DNA of 64,000 nt from an uncultured candidate division Zixibacteria bacterium (lineage in GTDB: Bacteria; Zixibacteria; MSB-5A5; RBG-16-43-9): contig OY970208.1 of assembly GCA_963713865.1 (NCBI GenBank), forward strand, positions 416,001 to 480,000. The letters run 5' to 3'. Under the pieces are notes generated by a model, which was given only the letters and a program-made list of their open reading frames with translations, searched no databases and had not been told where the DNA came from. The first letter of the stretch is position 1; every line of letters starts with the position of its first letter. A program made the position numbers and the translations under genes. Positions 21,618 to 31,141 of this stretch are shown here, one piece after another.

Positions 21618-22553
21618 TTAAGCCGCCTCTCTGATCAAAGAAACAAATACATCCTCTAATGACGGAACTATCTTCTCTAATTTTATAATCTCAATCCCTT
21701 TTCCCTTTAAGAATTGCGATACAAAAGCAGGTTCTTTTTCCTCTATGGTAAGGAGGAAATGGATATTCATTCCGAAAAAGGAAGCTTCGATTACCCTCTT
21801 GTCATTTTGCAAAGATTCCAGAGCCTCGATCGGATTATGGCACTCTAATTCCCAGATCGAGTTAGCCATGGTCTTACCTTTCAGCTCTTCCGGAGTTCCG
21901 ATCTGCACCAGCTTCCCTCTGAAGATAAGCCCTAACCTGTGGCAATATTCTGCCTCATCCATATAATGCGTGGTGACGAAAACGGTGGTCCCCTTATCCG
22001 AAAGTGAATAGATTAAATCCCAGAAATTGCGTCTGGAAACCGGGTCAACTCCAGAAGTGGGCTCATCCAGAAAAAGGATGGGCGGGTCATGCAGAAGAGC
22101 GCACCCTAAAGCTAATCTCTGTTTCCAGCCTAAGGCTAACTCTCTGGTTTTTCTCTTTGTTTTATCCACCAGATCCGCCATTTTCAAGACCCATTCCTTT
22201 TTATCCTTCTTGAGCTCTTTTCTCACCTTGTATATCCCGCTGTAGAAATCTATGTTCTCTTCAACGGTCAGGTCCTCATATAAAGAGAATCTCTGGGACA
22301 TATAACCTATATTCTCTTTGATCTTCTCCGACTGGGTGAAAACGTCATATTCTCCCACTCTCCCCTTGCCTGCAGTTGGGGTTAAAAGTCCGCAGAGTAT
22401 CTTTATGGTAGTGGTTTTTCCAGCACCATTGGGTCCCAAAAATCCGAAAACCTCACCTTTATTTACCTGAAAACTGATATTGTCCACTGCGGTGAAAACA
22501 CCGAACCTTTTCACTAAATTTTCCACCTCAACTGCAATCTCAGTTTTATCCAT
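21618..22553 (-). CDS. ABC ATP-binding protein (YbhF C-half-like)
   Basis: GPNGAGKTT, LFLDEPTSGVDP, TTHYMDEAE. Confidence 0.92.
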   Translation of the reverse strand: MDKTEIAVEVENLVKRFGVFTAVDNISFQVNKGEVFGFLGPNGAGKTTTIKILCGLLTPTAGKGRVGEYDVFTQSEKIKENIGYMSQRFSLYEDLTVEENIDFYSGIYKVRKELKKDKKEWVLKMADLVDKTKRKTRELALGWKQRLALGCALLHDPPILFLDEPTSGVDPVSRRNFWDLIYSLSDKGTTVFVTTHYMDEAEYCHRLGLIFRGKLVQIGTPEELKGKTMANSIWELECHNPIEALESLQNDKRVIEASFFGMNIHFLLTIEEKEPAFVSQFLKGKGIEIIKLEKIVPSLEDVFVSLIREAA

Positions 22554-22752
22554 CTAATCCTCTTTTTGTGCCCGGCGTCCGCCTAAGGCGGACTGACCCG
22601 ACGGGATTAAAACCAGTCAAGTCAGGGGACTTGACTGGCACAGAAGCCTGCGAAAACGAGATATTGAAATTTAATGATATGCGTAACCTGTAGGTTACGG
22701 CTGCCAATTCTTCTATGGTAATGTCATCATTCCCCATGTAGTCCTCATTTTC

Positions 22753-23655
22753 TTACTGCTTGAGCAAGATGAAGATATCCTCTAAAGAAGGTGTAATCCT
22801 TTTCAAACTAAAAATCACAATGCTGTTTTCTTCAAGCTTGGATTTAATATTATCTAGGAGCTTTTCATCCTTCACCGTAAAATGAATCTTTTCACCAAAA
22901 ATGGAGATTCCTGAAACCCCTTCCCCTTTTTCCAGAAACGTTCTTGCTTCCCTTCTTTTATCACAGCTTAATTCAAAAAGAGCCTTTTCCATTATCTTTT
23001 TAAGTTTGAGAGGAGTATCATAGGCAATCAATTCCCCCTTATCCAAAAAGGCGACTTTCTGGCACCTTTCCGCCTCATCCATATAGGAGGTGGAGATGAA
23101 AATGGTCATCCCCCTTTTTTGCTGTTCATAAAGAATTCCCCAGAAGTCTCTTCGCGAAATCGGATCAACCCCGCGTGTAGGCTCATCCAGGAGCAGAACC
23201 TCCGGATTATGTAAAAGGACACAGGATAAAGCTAATTTCTGTTTCATCCCCCCGGAAAGGTTCCCAGCAAGAAAATCTTTAAACGGCTCAAGCTGGCTGA
23301 ACCCAAAAAGCTCTTTGTATTTTTCCTTTCTTTTCTCCCCGGTAAGTTGATATATATCTGAAAAGAAATTGAGATTCTCCAGCACTGTCAAATCCTCATA
23401 CAAACCAAACCGCTGGGGCATATATCCGATTTTTTCTTTGAGTTTTTCTGATTCTTTATTTATATCATATCCAGCTACGGATGCAGTTCCAGAAGAAGGC
23501 GATAAAATCGCAGAAAGAATTCTCATCAGGGTAGTTTTTCCGGCACCATCCGGACCCACCAGTCCCACCATCTCCCCTTTTTCTATTTTCAAACTGAGAT
23601 TATCAATGGCTATTACTGAATCGAATTTTTTCTGTAGATTTAATATCTCCACCAT
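22753..23655 (-). CDS. ABC ATP-binding protein (YbhF N-half-like)
   Basis: GPDGAGKTT, LSGGMKQK, LLLDEPT. Confidence 0.92.
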   Translation of the reverse strand: MVEILNLQKKFDSVIAIDNLSLKIEKGEMVGLVGPDGAGKTTLMRILSAILSPSSGTASVAGYDINKESEKLKEKIGYMPQRFGLYEDLTVLENLNFFSDIYQLTGEKRKEKYKELFGFSQLEPFKDFLAGNLSGGMKQKLALSCVLLHNPEVLLLDEPTRGVDPISRRDFWGILYEQQKRGMTIFISTSYMDEAERCQKVAFLDKGELIAYDTPLKLKKIMEKALFELSCDKRREARTFLEKGEGVSGISIFGEKIHFTVKDEKLLDNIKSKLEENSIVIFSLKRITPSLEDIFILLKQ

Positions 23656-23741
23656 AAAATTTTAAAAGTATGGGTGTTTTTGGAGTGCATTGACCGTGTC
23701 AATACTTAGTCGTCGAGTCAGGGGACTCGACGACCACCAAT

Positions 23742-23879
23742 AAGTGCTGAAAAAGTCCTGCCTGTCATTCTGAGGGAGAGTAGCGACCGAAGAATCTCTT
23801 TGGTTCGTACAGAGATTCTCCCCCCGCCTACGGCGGGGTTAGAATGACACTCTCTTATCCCCGGTTTTTCAACAGTCTT
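23742..23879. repeat. MITE-like ends enclosing a GTCATTCTGAG-type double-hairpin repeat
   Basis: aagtgctgaaaaa...tttttcaacagtctt ends; inner gtcattctgaggga..gaagaatctc..gagattct..agaatgac, also present at 62031-62120. Confidence 0.6.
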
Positions 23880-23905
23880 AAAGGTTCGCACTCCAGTCAT
23901 TCTTT

Positions 23906-24775
23906 TTATTCTTTCAATAAACTCACATCTGCAGGCATGCCCGGCTTTAAAATCTGCAAAGGGTTATCCAGGCTGACCTTTATCCCGAAAACAAGCTTCA
24001 CCCTTTCCTCTTTGGTTTGGATATTCTTGGGAGTGAATTCAGCCTGGCTGGAGATATAAGTTACTTTCCCCTCGAAAACTTTATCCGGATAAGTATCTAT
24101 TTTGACCTCTGCCTTCTGTCCTAATTTAACTTTGCCTAAATCTGTTTCTTTGATATAGATTTTCACCCAGGGCTTGGAGAGATCCCCTAAGGTCAAAAGA
24201 GAGTTGCCGGGCAAGACCACTTCACCCATCTCTGTGTTTTTACTTAATACCAGACCATCAATCGGTGATTTTATTATGGAGTTATCTATATTGGTTTTGA
24301 TTAACTCGATAGTCGCCTTATTCTGCTCGGTCAAATGAGAGGCTAAATTAAACTGGTCCTTTGCCACATCATATTTTGTCTCCATATCATCCAATTGCTG
24401 CTGGGTAGCACTCCCGGCCTTGAAAAGCTCTTTTATTCTATCCAAATTAGTCTTGAGATTATCTAAACTGGACCTGGATTGGGAGAGTTGAGCCAAAGAA
24501 ACCTGATAAGCTGCTTCTACCTGTTTAAGCTGAGCCTGAAGCTCTTTTGCTTCTAACTCGATTAAAACTTGGCCTTTAATTACGCTGTCCCCTTCATCTA
24601 TCATAAGCTTTTCTATCCTTCCGGAAACCTTTGAGCTTACCTCCACCTCAGTAATCTCAATCGTGCCCGAGGCAGATATTTGGTTTTTATTATTTCCCCC
24701 TTTAGTCTTGAGCAAAAAATAAAGAACCAATCCCAAGACTATTATAAATAGAAACAAAATCCTTAGCCTTTTCAT
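23906..24775 (-). CDS. HlyD-family secretion adaptor (YbhG-like)
   Basis: ASGTIE, AEFTPKNIQTKEERVKLVF, LKPGMPA. Confidence 0.9.
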   Translation of the reverse strand: MKRLRILFLFIIVLGLVLYFLLKTKGGNNKNQISASGTIEITEVEVSSKVSGRIEKLMIDEGDSVIKGQVLIELEAKELQAQLKQVEAAYQVSLAQLSQSRSSLDNLKTNLDRIKELFKAGSATQQQLDDMETKYDVAKDQFNLASHLTEQNKATIELIKTNIDNSIIKSPIDGLVLSKNTEMGEVVLPGNSLLTLGDLSKPWVKIYIKETDLGKVKLGQKAEVKIDTYPDKVFEGKVTYISSQAEFTPKNIQTKEERVKLVFGIKVSLDNPLQILKPGMPADVSLLKE

Positions 24776-24870
24776 TATTTTCTCCTTTACCTTATTATCA
24801 TATCATTCTTAAATGAAGAATATAAGAACCTCCTCCCTTTTTCACAAATGAAATTAATTTTTTCGTTTTT

Positions 24871-25010
24871 GTAGTTGCCAAATTTATTGGCATTTGATTT
24901 TTGGTAGGTTAGACATTCCTATCTAACCGTCGTGAACACTTCGTAGCGTCCGGACCCGTATCGGATGTTTTTTTATAATTTTGTCGGGCAGTCTTTAAAG
25001 ACCTGACCTA
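24871..25010. repeat. Composite GTAG-type REP-like block, copy 1 of 4
   Basis: gtagttgcc..ggcatttgattttt plus tcgtagcgtccggacccgtatcgga; the latter core recurs at 30931, 32511 and 33887. Confidence 0.75.
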
Positions 25011-25029
25011 TAAAAAATAAGAATTTTTA

Positions 25030-25058
25030 TTGACAAGATTTTTGGGGTGTAGTATAAT
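25030..25058 (+). promoter_or_regulatory. Consensus sigma70 promoter of platform 1 (Pc-like)
   Basis: TTGACA-17 bp-TATAAT; near-identical copy at 33986-34014. Confidence 0.8.
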
Positions 25059-25106
25059 ATTAACTATAAAAGTCTGAATTTGAATTCATTGGGAGTTATA
25101 ATGGGA

Positions 25107-25186
25107 ATAAACGCAACAGGTTCGTCTATAACCCCAATTTTAAGATGATAAACGAACTTATTACGCCAGTAACCAAGTTAAATGAA
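25107..25186 (+). other. attI-like site 1 (crossover G/TT at 25177-25179)
   Basis: ataaacgaac...aaccaaGTTAAATGAA; the 10-mer is the exact reverse complement of ttcatttaac at 30697-30706. Confidence 0.6.
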
Positions 25187-25382
25187 ATTTCGGGTATGAA
25201 AAAGAGAGCAAGACATCGAATTTTCTTTTCGGTTTTGATATACTATTGTACTATTATAAGTCTTGCACAGGGGTACCTTGGTGTTATGGAGCTTTTGGGC
25301 TTATCTAGAGCGCGGATTGAATTGAGGAGAAAAAAATGAAAAAGGTAAATATGGAAACAAAATCTATCTACCTATTATAACT

Positions 25383-26543
25383 ATGTCTATAAGCACAAGC
25401 GTAATCAAAGAAGCTATTATTGAAAACCTCAAGAGTCAAGGATTTAAGATTAAAAAGAATGGATTAATCTCTATTTCTCAGAATCTGACAAAAGAGCATA
25501 TTAGAGGACTTCATGACCGTGGTCGTGTTGAAAAAATATTATCAGAAAAAACATTTATTAAGGAACACTTTAGTGAATTGTCTACTTATTTTGCAGATGG
25601 TACTTCAGTAAACCCTGAGAAATTTAAACCTGTTGTCCATATAGTACAGCCAGATACTGAGTTTTCAGCACTATTCCGTTTTGCAACACTACTTTGGAGT
25701 GTCCCTGTCTCTCAGGGATATGGTAGAAGATTAAGATTTATAGTCATTGATGAACATAACGGAAAGCTTGTTGGACTTTTCGCTCTTGGTGACCCCGTTT
25801 TTAATTTGAATGTCCGTGATAAATGGATTGGATGGGACCAACAATTGCGATCAGAAAGACTATATAATGTTATGGACTTATTTGTAGTCGGGGCTGTACC
25901 TCCTTATTCTCAATTGGTATGTGGTAAACTTATGGCAATGTTGGCTACAAGTTATGAAATTAGGAAAATCCTGTGGCATAAATACAGAGATTCAGAAACT
26001 ACGATCAAAAAAGAATTAAAAAAACCACACCTTGTCTTGTTAACTACCTCATCTGCCTTAGGTAGATCTTCGCTCTATAATCGAATAACTTTTAATGGGA
26101 AACCTCTTTTTATAAAAATCGGGGAAACGGTCGGTTGGGGACACTTCCATCTTTCTAATGGAAGCTTTAAACTAATGCGTAATTATTTAAGCTATATAGA
26201 ACATCCAATTAATAAATCTCATAGATTTGGACAAGGACCCAATTGGAAAATACGAACAATAAGAACCTGCCTTGAACTATTAGGGCTATCTCCTGATTTA
26301 TTAATGCACGGTATTAAAAGAGAGGTTTACATTGCACCTTTAGCAGAGAATTATAAAGAGTTTCTTTTAGGACAATCAAAGAGACCCAAGTATTATGAAA
26401 TAAGAAAAGAAAGTCTAATAGATTTTTTCACTCAGCGATGGCTTCTCCCGAGGTCGTTTCGCAATAATGATTACATAAGAGTTAGAGCAAAAGATATACT
26501 AAGAGAAATAAAGAAAATTGCAAAAGATAAAGAGGTTCATTGA
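25383..26543 (+). CDS. DUF4338 / Druantia DruA-like protein
   Basis: WSVPVSQGYGRRLRFIV, GKLVGLFALGDPVFNL..RD.WIGW, GAVPPY..L..GKL, TTSSALGRSS.YNR, recognised as DruA-family motifs. Confidence 0.75.
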   Translation: MSISTSVIKEAIIENLKSQGFKIKKNGLISISQNLTKEHIRGLHDRGRVEKILSEKTFIKEHFSELSTYFADGTSVNPEKFKPVVHIVQPDTEFSALFRFATLLWSVPVSQGYGRRLRFIVIDEHNGKLVGLFALGDPVFNLNVRDKWIGWDQQLRSERLYNVMDLFVVGAVPPYSQLVCGKLMAMLATSYEIRKILWHKYRDSETTIKKELKKPHLVLLTTSSALGRSSLYNRITFNGKPLFIKIGETVGWGHFHLSNGSFKLMRNYLSYIEHPINKSHRFGQGPNWKIRTIRTCLELLGLSPDLLMHGIKREVYIAPLAENYKEFLLGQSKRPKYYEIRKESLIDFFTQRWLLPRSFRNNDYIRVRAKDILREIKKIAKDKEVH

Positions 26544-26544
26544 A

Positions 26545-29070
26545 ATGGCAAAAAACTTTGAAGATATTAGTTGTATTTTCTGTGGAGAAAAAAACAATTG
26601 TAGAGATACAGCTTGCATCTCATGCAAAATGCCTCTAGATATTGGAAAAGAATTCTTAGGAAAAACCATTAATAACTACATCTTAAAGGAATATAAGACC
26701 AGAGGTTTTTATGGACTTACCTTTAGAGCAGTCGATAACTATGGGAAGAATTTTGCTATTAAGCTTATATCAACAAGTAGTTATTCAAAAAACAGCAAGG
26801 ATTTTTATAGAGAAGCTGGAATGTATGCAAATCTTCCTGCAACACCCTCAATTGTAAATTATGTTGGTGCTGGGGAGACAACAATCTTATACAACGACAG
26901 ACCTTTAGACTTTTTTTATATAGTTTGTCAGTGGGTAAATGGTTCAGTATTTAAAGATTTTATTTCCGATCAAAATGTTGAACCCGAGGATTTAATAATC
27001 GCGGCCAGAGATTTATTATTGGGATTACAGGACTTATATGATAACAACCTTTGGCATAATGACTTGCATGATGAAAATGTAATGATAGAACCCTTAAGCC
27101 AAACTCAAATTAGAAGATTTAATAGGTCGATCCCACGAATATATAGAATCATTGATGTAGGAAGTATGGTTTATAGAAATCCAGCAGATACAAAGTCATT
27201 CACAGATATGAATTGTATAGGGAATATATTGTTTCAAATATCCGAGAAACTCAAAACGAACTTTAGCGAGTTTCCAAAGGAAGATCAATATTTCATAAAT
27301 CTCTTAGATAGCACCTTTATTCAGATGATGGATGAACATCCTGGAAGATCATTTCCAACGCCTGTTGATGCTCTCAATCAAATAGAGGAATTTTATAAAA
27401 TTTCTCGAATTGGTGAAATTTCTCCAAGCAAGAAATTAGATAGCCCATATGGATATATAAATGCAAATGATATACCTTCTCCTTGGCTCTTAAAACAAAT
27501 GTTTTCAGACAAGTTCCCTTATTTTAATAGAATCATGAGTACGTCCGACCAATGCCTTTTAATTACTGGCCCCCGTGGATGTGGTAAGACCATGATTTTA
27601 AAATATATGCGTTTTATAACTATGTATGATTCTCAAGAAGAAAATAAAGAAGAATTCTTAAAAAATCTGCCATATATCGGCCTTTTTTTATCTGCCAGAA
27701 CAAACTTTGGAAACTATCTAGTTTCATATAGGCAACAAGAATGGATAAACAGTGAATCCAAAATTCTATTATATTTTAATATTCTGGTCTCGATTGAGCT
27801 AATAGATGTTCTTTACAGATTAGTTTTTGATCGTTTAATAGAAGAGCAGCAAATCAAACCAATAATCGATATGATATCAGAACGATTTTCCGTGCCCTTT
27901 GTGAATTTACTCACTGTCAAAACGAAACTGGTGCAAATTAGCAGACACTTGATAGCGAACAAAGATGTTACTACAACAATAGATAATTCAACCCCTGCCT
28001 ATTTGAATGATCTGTTCCAAGTTCTTAGAAGTGTTATTCCCATCATAAGAGATAAAGAAGTTATTATTTTGATAGATGATCTTTCTTTGCCTCGCATTCC
28101 TGTTAAAATACAAAAGTCTATTATTCCGTCTGTATTTAATACGGGGTCAAGTTATAAAACAAGGATTACTGCACATAGCGATGGAATAGTCTTTAAGGAT
28201 TATTCTGGTGAAGTATACAAAGCAAACAGAGATTTTACTCAAATTAATCTTGGATATGAATATTGGCAACTTTCAGAAAAATATGAGACGTGTCGTGATG
28301 GCTTTGATGACATATTAAACAAAAGATTTAATTTAGCAAAAAAAGAAACTTTTATAGGACTGGAAAACATGCTTGAGCGGGGTGATAAGTTGGATAATAT
28401 AGGGAGAGAAATCCACCGTTTATATAAGGAAAAACTTCTAAGAACCCTCAATTATCACGGGGCAAAAGTTTTAATTAAATTGTGCTCGGGTGACTTAAGT
28501 TATCTTCTTGAGATTTTAGGCAAAATGGAACTTCGAGCTAATGGAAAAACACCTATCCCAATCAGAATTCAAAATAGCGTAATCAGAAATTATGCAAGAA
28601 ACGAGTTAAGAAGTCTTCAGGATATTAGATCAGATTATATAAGATGTTCTCTTTATGATATTGCTTATTATTTTGGTGTATGGTCGAAAAGTCAGTTAAT
28701 AAAGGCAGATGAAGACTATATTCGGATTGAATTTCCCATGCAAAAACTTCCTGAAAAGTTAAAGGTTGTGGCAAGAGAATTACTTTGTTACGGGGTATTC
28801 ATAGACGGGGGGTCCAGCACTATGTCTGATGGACAAACTGCCCGAAAATTTCTATTCCGAAGAATATTCACTCCAGCGTTTCCGACTACATTCACTGATC
28901 ACAGCACGTATCCAATGGTACCGAAATCTTTCAAAAAATTTGTCGAGAATCCTAAAGATTTTGTTCGGGAAAGAATGAGCGCTTATGAAATACCTCCTTC
29001 AGAACAACAAAGATTAGAACAACTTGATTTAATGCTTGAAGATAATGGGGAACCCAATGAAAATCTTTAA
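26545..29070 (+). CDS. Zn-ribbon + Ser/Thr-type protein kinase + P-loop (STAND/ORC-CDC6-like) ATPase fusion
   Basis: CIFC..CISC; RGFYG, FAIK, REA, HNDLHDEN, IIDVG; Walker A GPRGCGKT, Walker B IILIDD; ATG 1 nt after upstream stop. Confidence 0.75.
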   Translation: MAKNFEDISCIFCGEKNNCRDTACISCKMPLDIGKEFLGKTINNYILKEYKTRGFYGLTFRAVDNYGKNFAIKLISTSSYSKNSKDFYREAGMYANLPATPSIVNYVGAGETTILYNDRPLDFFYIVCQWVNGSVFKDFISDQNVEPEDLIIAARDLLLGLQDLYDNNLWHNDLHDENVMIEPLSQTQIRRFNRSIPRIYRIIDVGSMVYRNPADTKSFTDMNCIGNILFQISEKLKTNFSEFPKEDQYFINLLDSTFIQMMDEHPGRSFPTPVDALNQIEEFYKISRIGEISPSKKLDSPYGYINANDIPSPWLLKQMFSDKFPYFNRIMSTSDQCLLITGPRGCGKTMILKYMRFITMYDSQEENKEEFLKNLPYIGLFLSARTNFGNYLVSYRQQEWINSESKILLYFNILVSIELIDVLYRLVFDRLIEEQQIKPIIDMISERFSVPFVNLLTVKTKLVQISRHLIANKDVTTTIDNSTPAYLNDLFQVLRSVIPIIRDKEVIILIDDLSLPRIPVKIQKSIIPSVFNTGSSYKTRITAHSDGIVFKDYSGEVYKANRDFTQINLGYEYWQLSEKYETCRDGFDDILNKRFNLAKKETFIGLENMLERGDKLDNIGREIHRLYKEKLLRTLNYHGAKVLIKLCSGDLSYLLEILGKMELRANGKTPIPIRIQNSVIRNYARNELRSLQDIRSDYIRCSLYDIAYYFGVWSKSQLIKADEDYIRIEFPMQKLPEKLKVVARELLCYGVFIDGGSSTMSDGQTARKFLFRRIFTPAFPTTFTDHSTYPMVPKSFKKFVENPKDFVRERMSAYEIPPSEQQRLEQLDLMLEDNGEPNENL

Positions 29071-30082
29071 ATTTATAGATAAACTGCAAGAGACTCCTTA
29101 TAAGAAAAAGAATCTCGTTCTAATTCTAGCTGCTGGCTTTGAAGAAAGGGATCTCTCAATTATTGAAATAATTAAAGCAGTTGCTATCCCTATAAAAAAA
29201 ATAATAGTTCTTGATTATGAGAATACAGAACAAAATGAGCCAGTCCGTTCAAAAGTTATTAACATGGCAAGGTCAATTTCAGCAGCTGTTAAAACAGTAA
29301 AAGTGGGAGAATTACCAAATCTGTTGACTCATATAGAAATACTTGAAAATGACATGTTAATCATAGATATCACAGGGATGTCAAGGATTATCATATTCCA
29401 AATTTTGAATCAAATTGACAAAGCAAAAATATCCTACAACATTGCATACACCGAGGCAGAAGAATATTTTCCGCTAAAAGGACTATATGACACTCTTATT
29501 GCAAATCAAGCAAGTGAAGAAGTTGCTTTTACCAGATATCTGGAAACCGAAAAAGCAGAATTTGTATACTCATATGATTGCTCCATAATTCAACCCCCTG
29601 AATTTATGGGTAATCCTGAGCCAGGGAGACCCGCAATGATATTAGCTTTTTTTACTTTTAAAAGATCACGCTTACAAGCTATATTGCAAGTTCTAGAAAT
29701 TGAAAAAAGAGTTTTAATCTTAAGTGAACCTGTAAGGCAAGACTTAAAATGGAGAAAGGATTTTATGAAAATTGCAAATCTGGATATAATCCAAAAAAAT
29801 GAACCAGATGTTAACATTCTGGGCACTCTTGACGCATTCCAGCTAATGGATTTTTTTGAGGATAAGATATACAGAAATAAAGAGTACACAAAATATAATT
29901 TGATACTCGCTCCTCTTGGGAGCAAAATGCAAACGATTGGAAGTTACTTATTTTGGAGAAAACATTCTGAAATTAGTGTTTTATTTTCACAACCAGGATC
30001 TTATTTTAAGGACGCCTACTCAAAAGGCTATAGAGATACATTCATCATTACTGCAGAAACATTAGAAAAGACCATATCTTGA
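29057..30082 (+). CDS. Hypothetical protein, probable tandem CARF-like Rossmann folds
   Basis: LILAAGFEER..IIDITGMSR..YTEAEEY and second half ILAFFTFKRSR..LAPLGSKMQ..FSQPGSY; overlaps the ATPase stop. Fold is inference. Confidence 0.55.
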   Translation: MKIFKFIDKLQETPYKKKNLVLILAAGFEERDLSIIEIIKAVAIPIKKIIVLDYENTEQNEPVRSKVINMARSISAAVKTVKVGELPNLLTHIEILENDMLIIDITGMSRIIIFQILNQIDKAKISYNIAYTEAEEYFPLKGLYDTLIANQASEEVAFTRYLETEKAEFVYSYDCSIIQPPEFMGNPEPGRPAMILAFFTFKRSRLQAILQVLEIEKRVLILSEPVRQDLKWRKDFMKIANLDIIQKNEPDVNILGTLDAFQLMDFFEDKIYRNKEYTKYNLILAPLGSKMQTIGSYLFWRKHSEISVLFSQPGSYFKDAYSKGYRDTFIITAETLEKTIS

Positions 30083-30093
30083 GATGGACTTTT

Positions 30094-30663
30094 ATGAAAG
30101 AAAATACCACTATAACAAAGACTCTTGATAGTTCAAGAAAGATTATTACAATAATTCTAATTTTTCAAATATTCCTGCTCCTCCTAACATTTGCGCTTTT
30201 ATTTATCAATAATGCAACACAATTGTATTTATTTAATATCGGATATTCTATCATTATAAATGCAGCTCTCTTTGGATTTGCAGGCTGTTTAATTTATTTT
30301 TCGCGTAAAAGCTATGTCTACTTAATAACAAATAAATTTTTGAAAATAGTAAACGATAACACTACAAATAAAGGAATTGATGATTATGTGATTTCTAATA
30401 TTATTTATGGATATTATTTATATTTGGCCCTACGACCTTTTGTAGGTCTTATTATCGGCCCAATTATATATATGTTAGTTCTTACAGGGTTAATTACTTT
30501 TATGAAAACTTCTATTTCAATGGACGCTGATTTATCACGATCTGGAAGATATTTAATTTATTTTCTCTCATTTATTGGCGGACATGCATCGAGCGATATT
30601 TTAGATTATTTTTCAAAATTAGCAAAAAAAATAGTTGAAAAAAGTAACGAAAAAATATCCTAG
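30094..30663 (+). CDS. Hypothetical 4-TM membrane protein
   Basis: Four hydrophobic segments, GFAG..LRPFVG..SFIGGHAS pattern; last gene before attC. Confidence 0.65.
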   Translation: MKENTTITKTLDSSRKIITIILIFQIFLLLLTFALLFINNATQLYLFNIGYSIIINAALFGFAGCLIYFSRKSYVYLITNKFLKIVNDNTTNKGIDDYVISNIIYGYYLYLALRPFVGLIIGPIIYMLVLTGLITFMKTSISMDADLSRSGRYLIYFLSFIGGHASSDILDYFSKLAKKIVEKSNEKIS

Positions 30664-30699
30664 AGGGGACGGTTCTATTTGAAGAATGCCCGAAACTTC

Positions 30700-30803
30700 A
30701 TTTAACAACAGGCTTGCGCAAAGGCCAACAGGCAAACAAAAACGCTTTATTATTGAATCCCTTGACTCTGGTGTTTTTGTTTCGCAAGCCCACCACGTTA
30801 TAC
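30700..30803 (+). other. attC-like site 1
   Basis: R'' ATTTAAC, L'' ggcttgcg (30711-30718), L' cgcaagcc (30783-30790), R' GTTATAC; 104 bp, just after a stop codon. Confidence 0.8.
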
Positions 30804-30893
30804 TCCCTCGTTTAGTCCGATTTTGCCCGCCTTATGCGGACTGTTTAAAGACATAATGAAATTTCTGTCCTACGGAGAAAAATATTCTATTTT

Positions 30894-31004
30894 GTAGTTG
30901 CCCAAATTATTGGGCATTTGATTTTTCAGTTCGTAGCGTCCGGACCCGTATCGGACGCTATTTTTTGGTAGATTTTGCCGGACAGACTTCATTGGCCCGA
31001 CCTA
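30894..31004. repeat. Composite REP-like block, copy 2
   Basis: gtagttgcccaaattattgggcatttgattttt, tcgtagcgtccggacccgtatcggacg, ..cccgaccta. Confidence 0.75.
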
Positions 31005-31141
31005 CTTTATAAAATCTCCTTGACAACGTACACGTTAAAATTATTTTAGCTTTGAACAGTTATGATTATAAGCACAGATTAAATCTAAACATTTCAGCGA
31101 TATTCCCTGGTCTTAACCGGAGAATATCCGAAGGAGGAAAG

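Larger units (their letters stand above)
25178..30797 (+). mobile_element. Integron-type gene cassette 1 (5620 bp, four genes)
   Basis: Bounded by G/TTAAATGAA and an attC whose R'' side is its exact complement; four co-oriented genes. Confidence 0.7.

Noticed and set aside
22546-23900. Short ORFs 22546-22737 and 23718-23900
   Set aside because: They are translations of intergenic palindromic repeats.
23906-25177. Integron integrase upstream of the first attI-like site
   Set aside because: The divergent gene is an HlyD adaptor; no tyrosine recombinase motifs in any ORF of the window.
25145-25339. 64-aa ORF
   Set aside because: Spans the attI-like crossover, has no clear RBS or motif; likely spurious.
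25383-30663. Canonical Druantia system
   Set aside because: No DruE helicase or DruB-D-like genes; only a DruA-like gene is present.
31053-31064. Fourth attI-like core (tgaacagttatg) before the nitroreductase gene
   Set aside because: The palindromic arm is missing and I found no complementary attC downstream.
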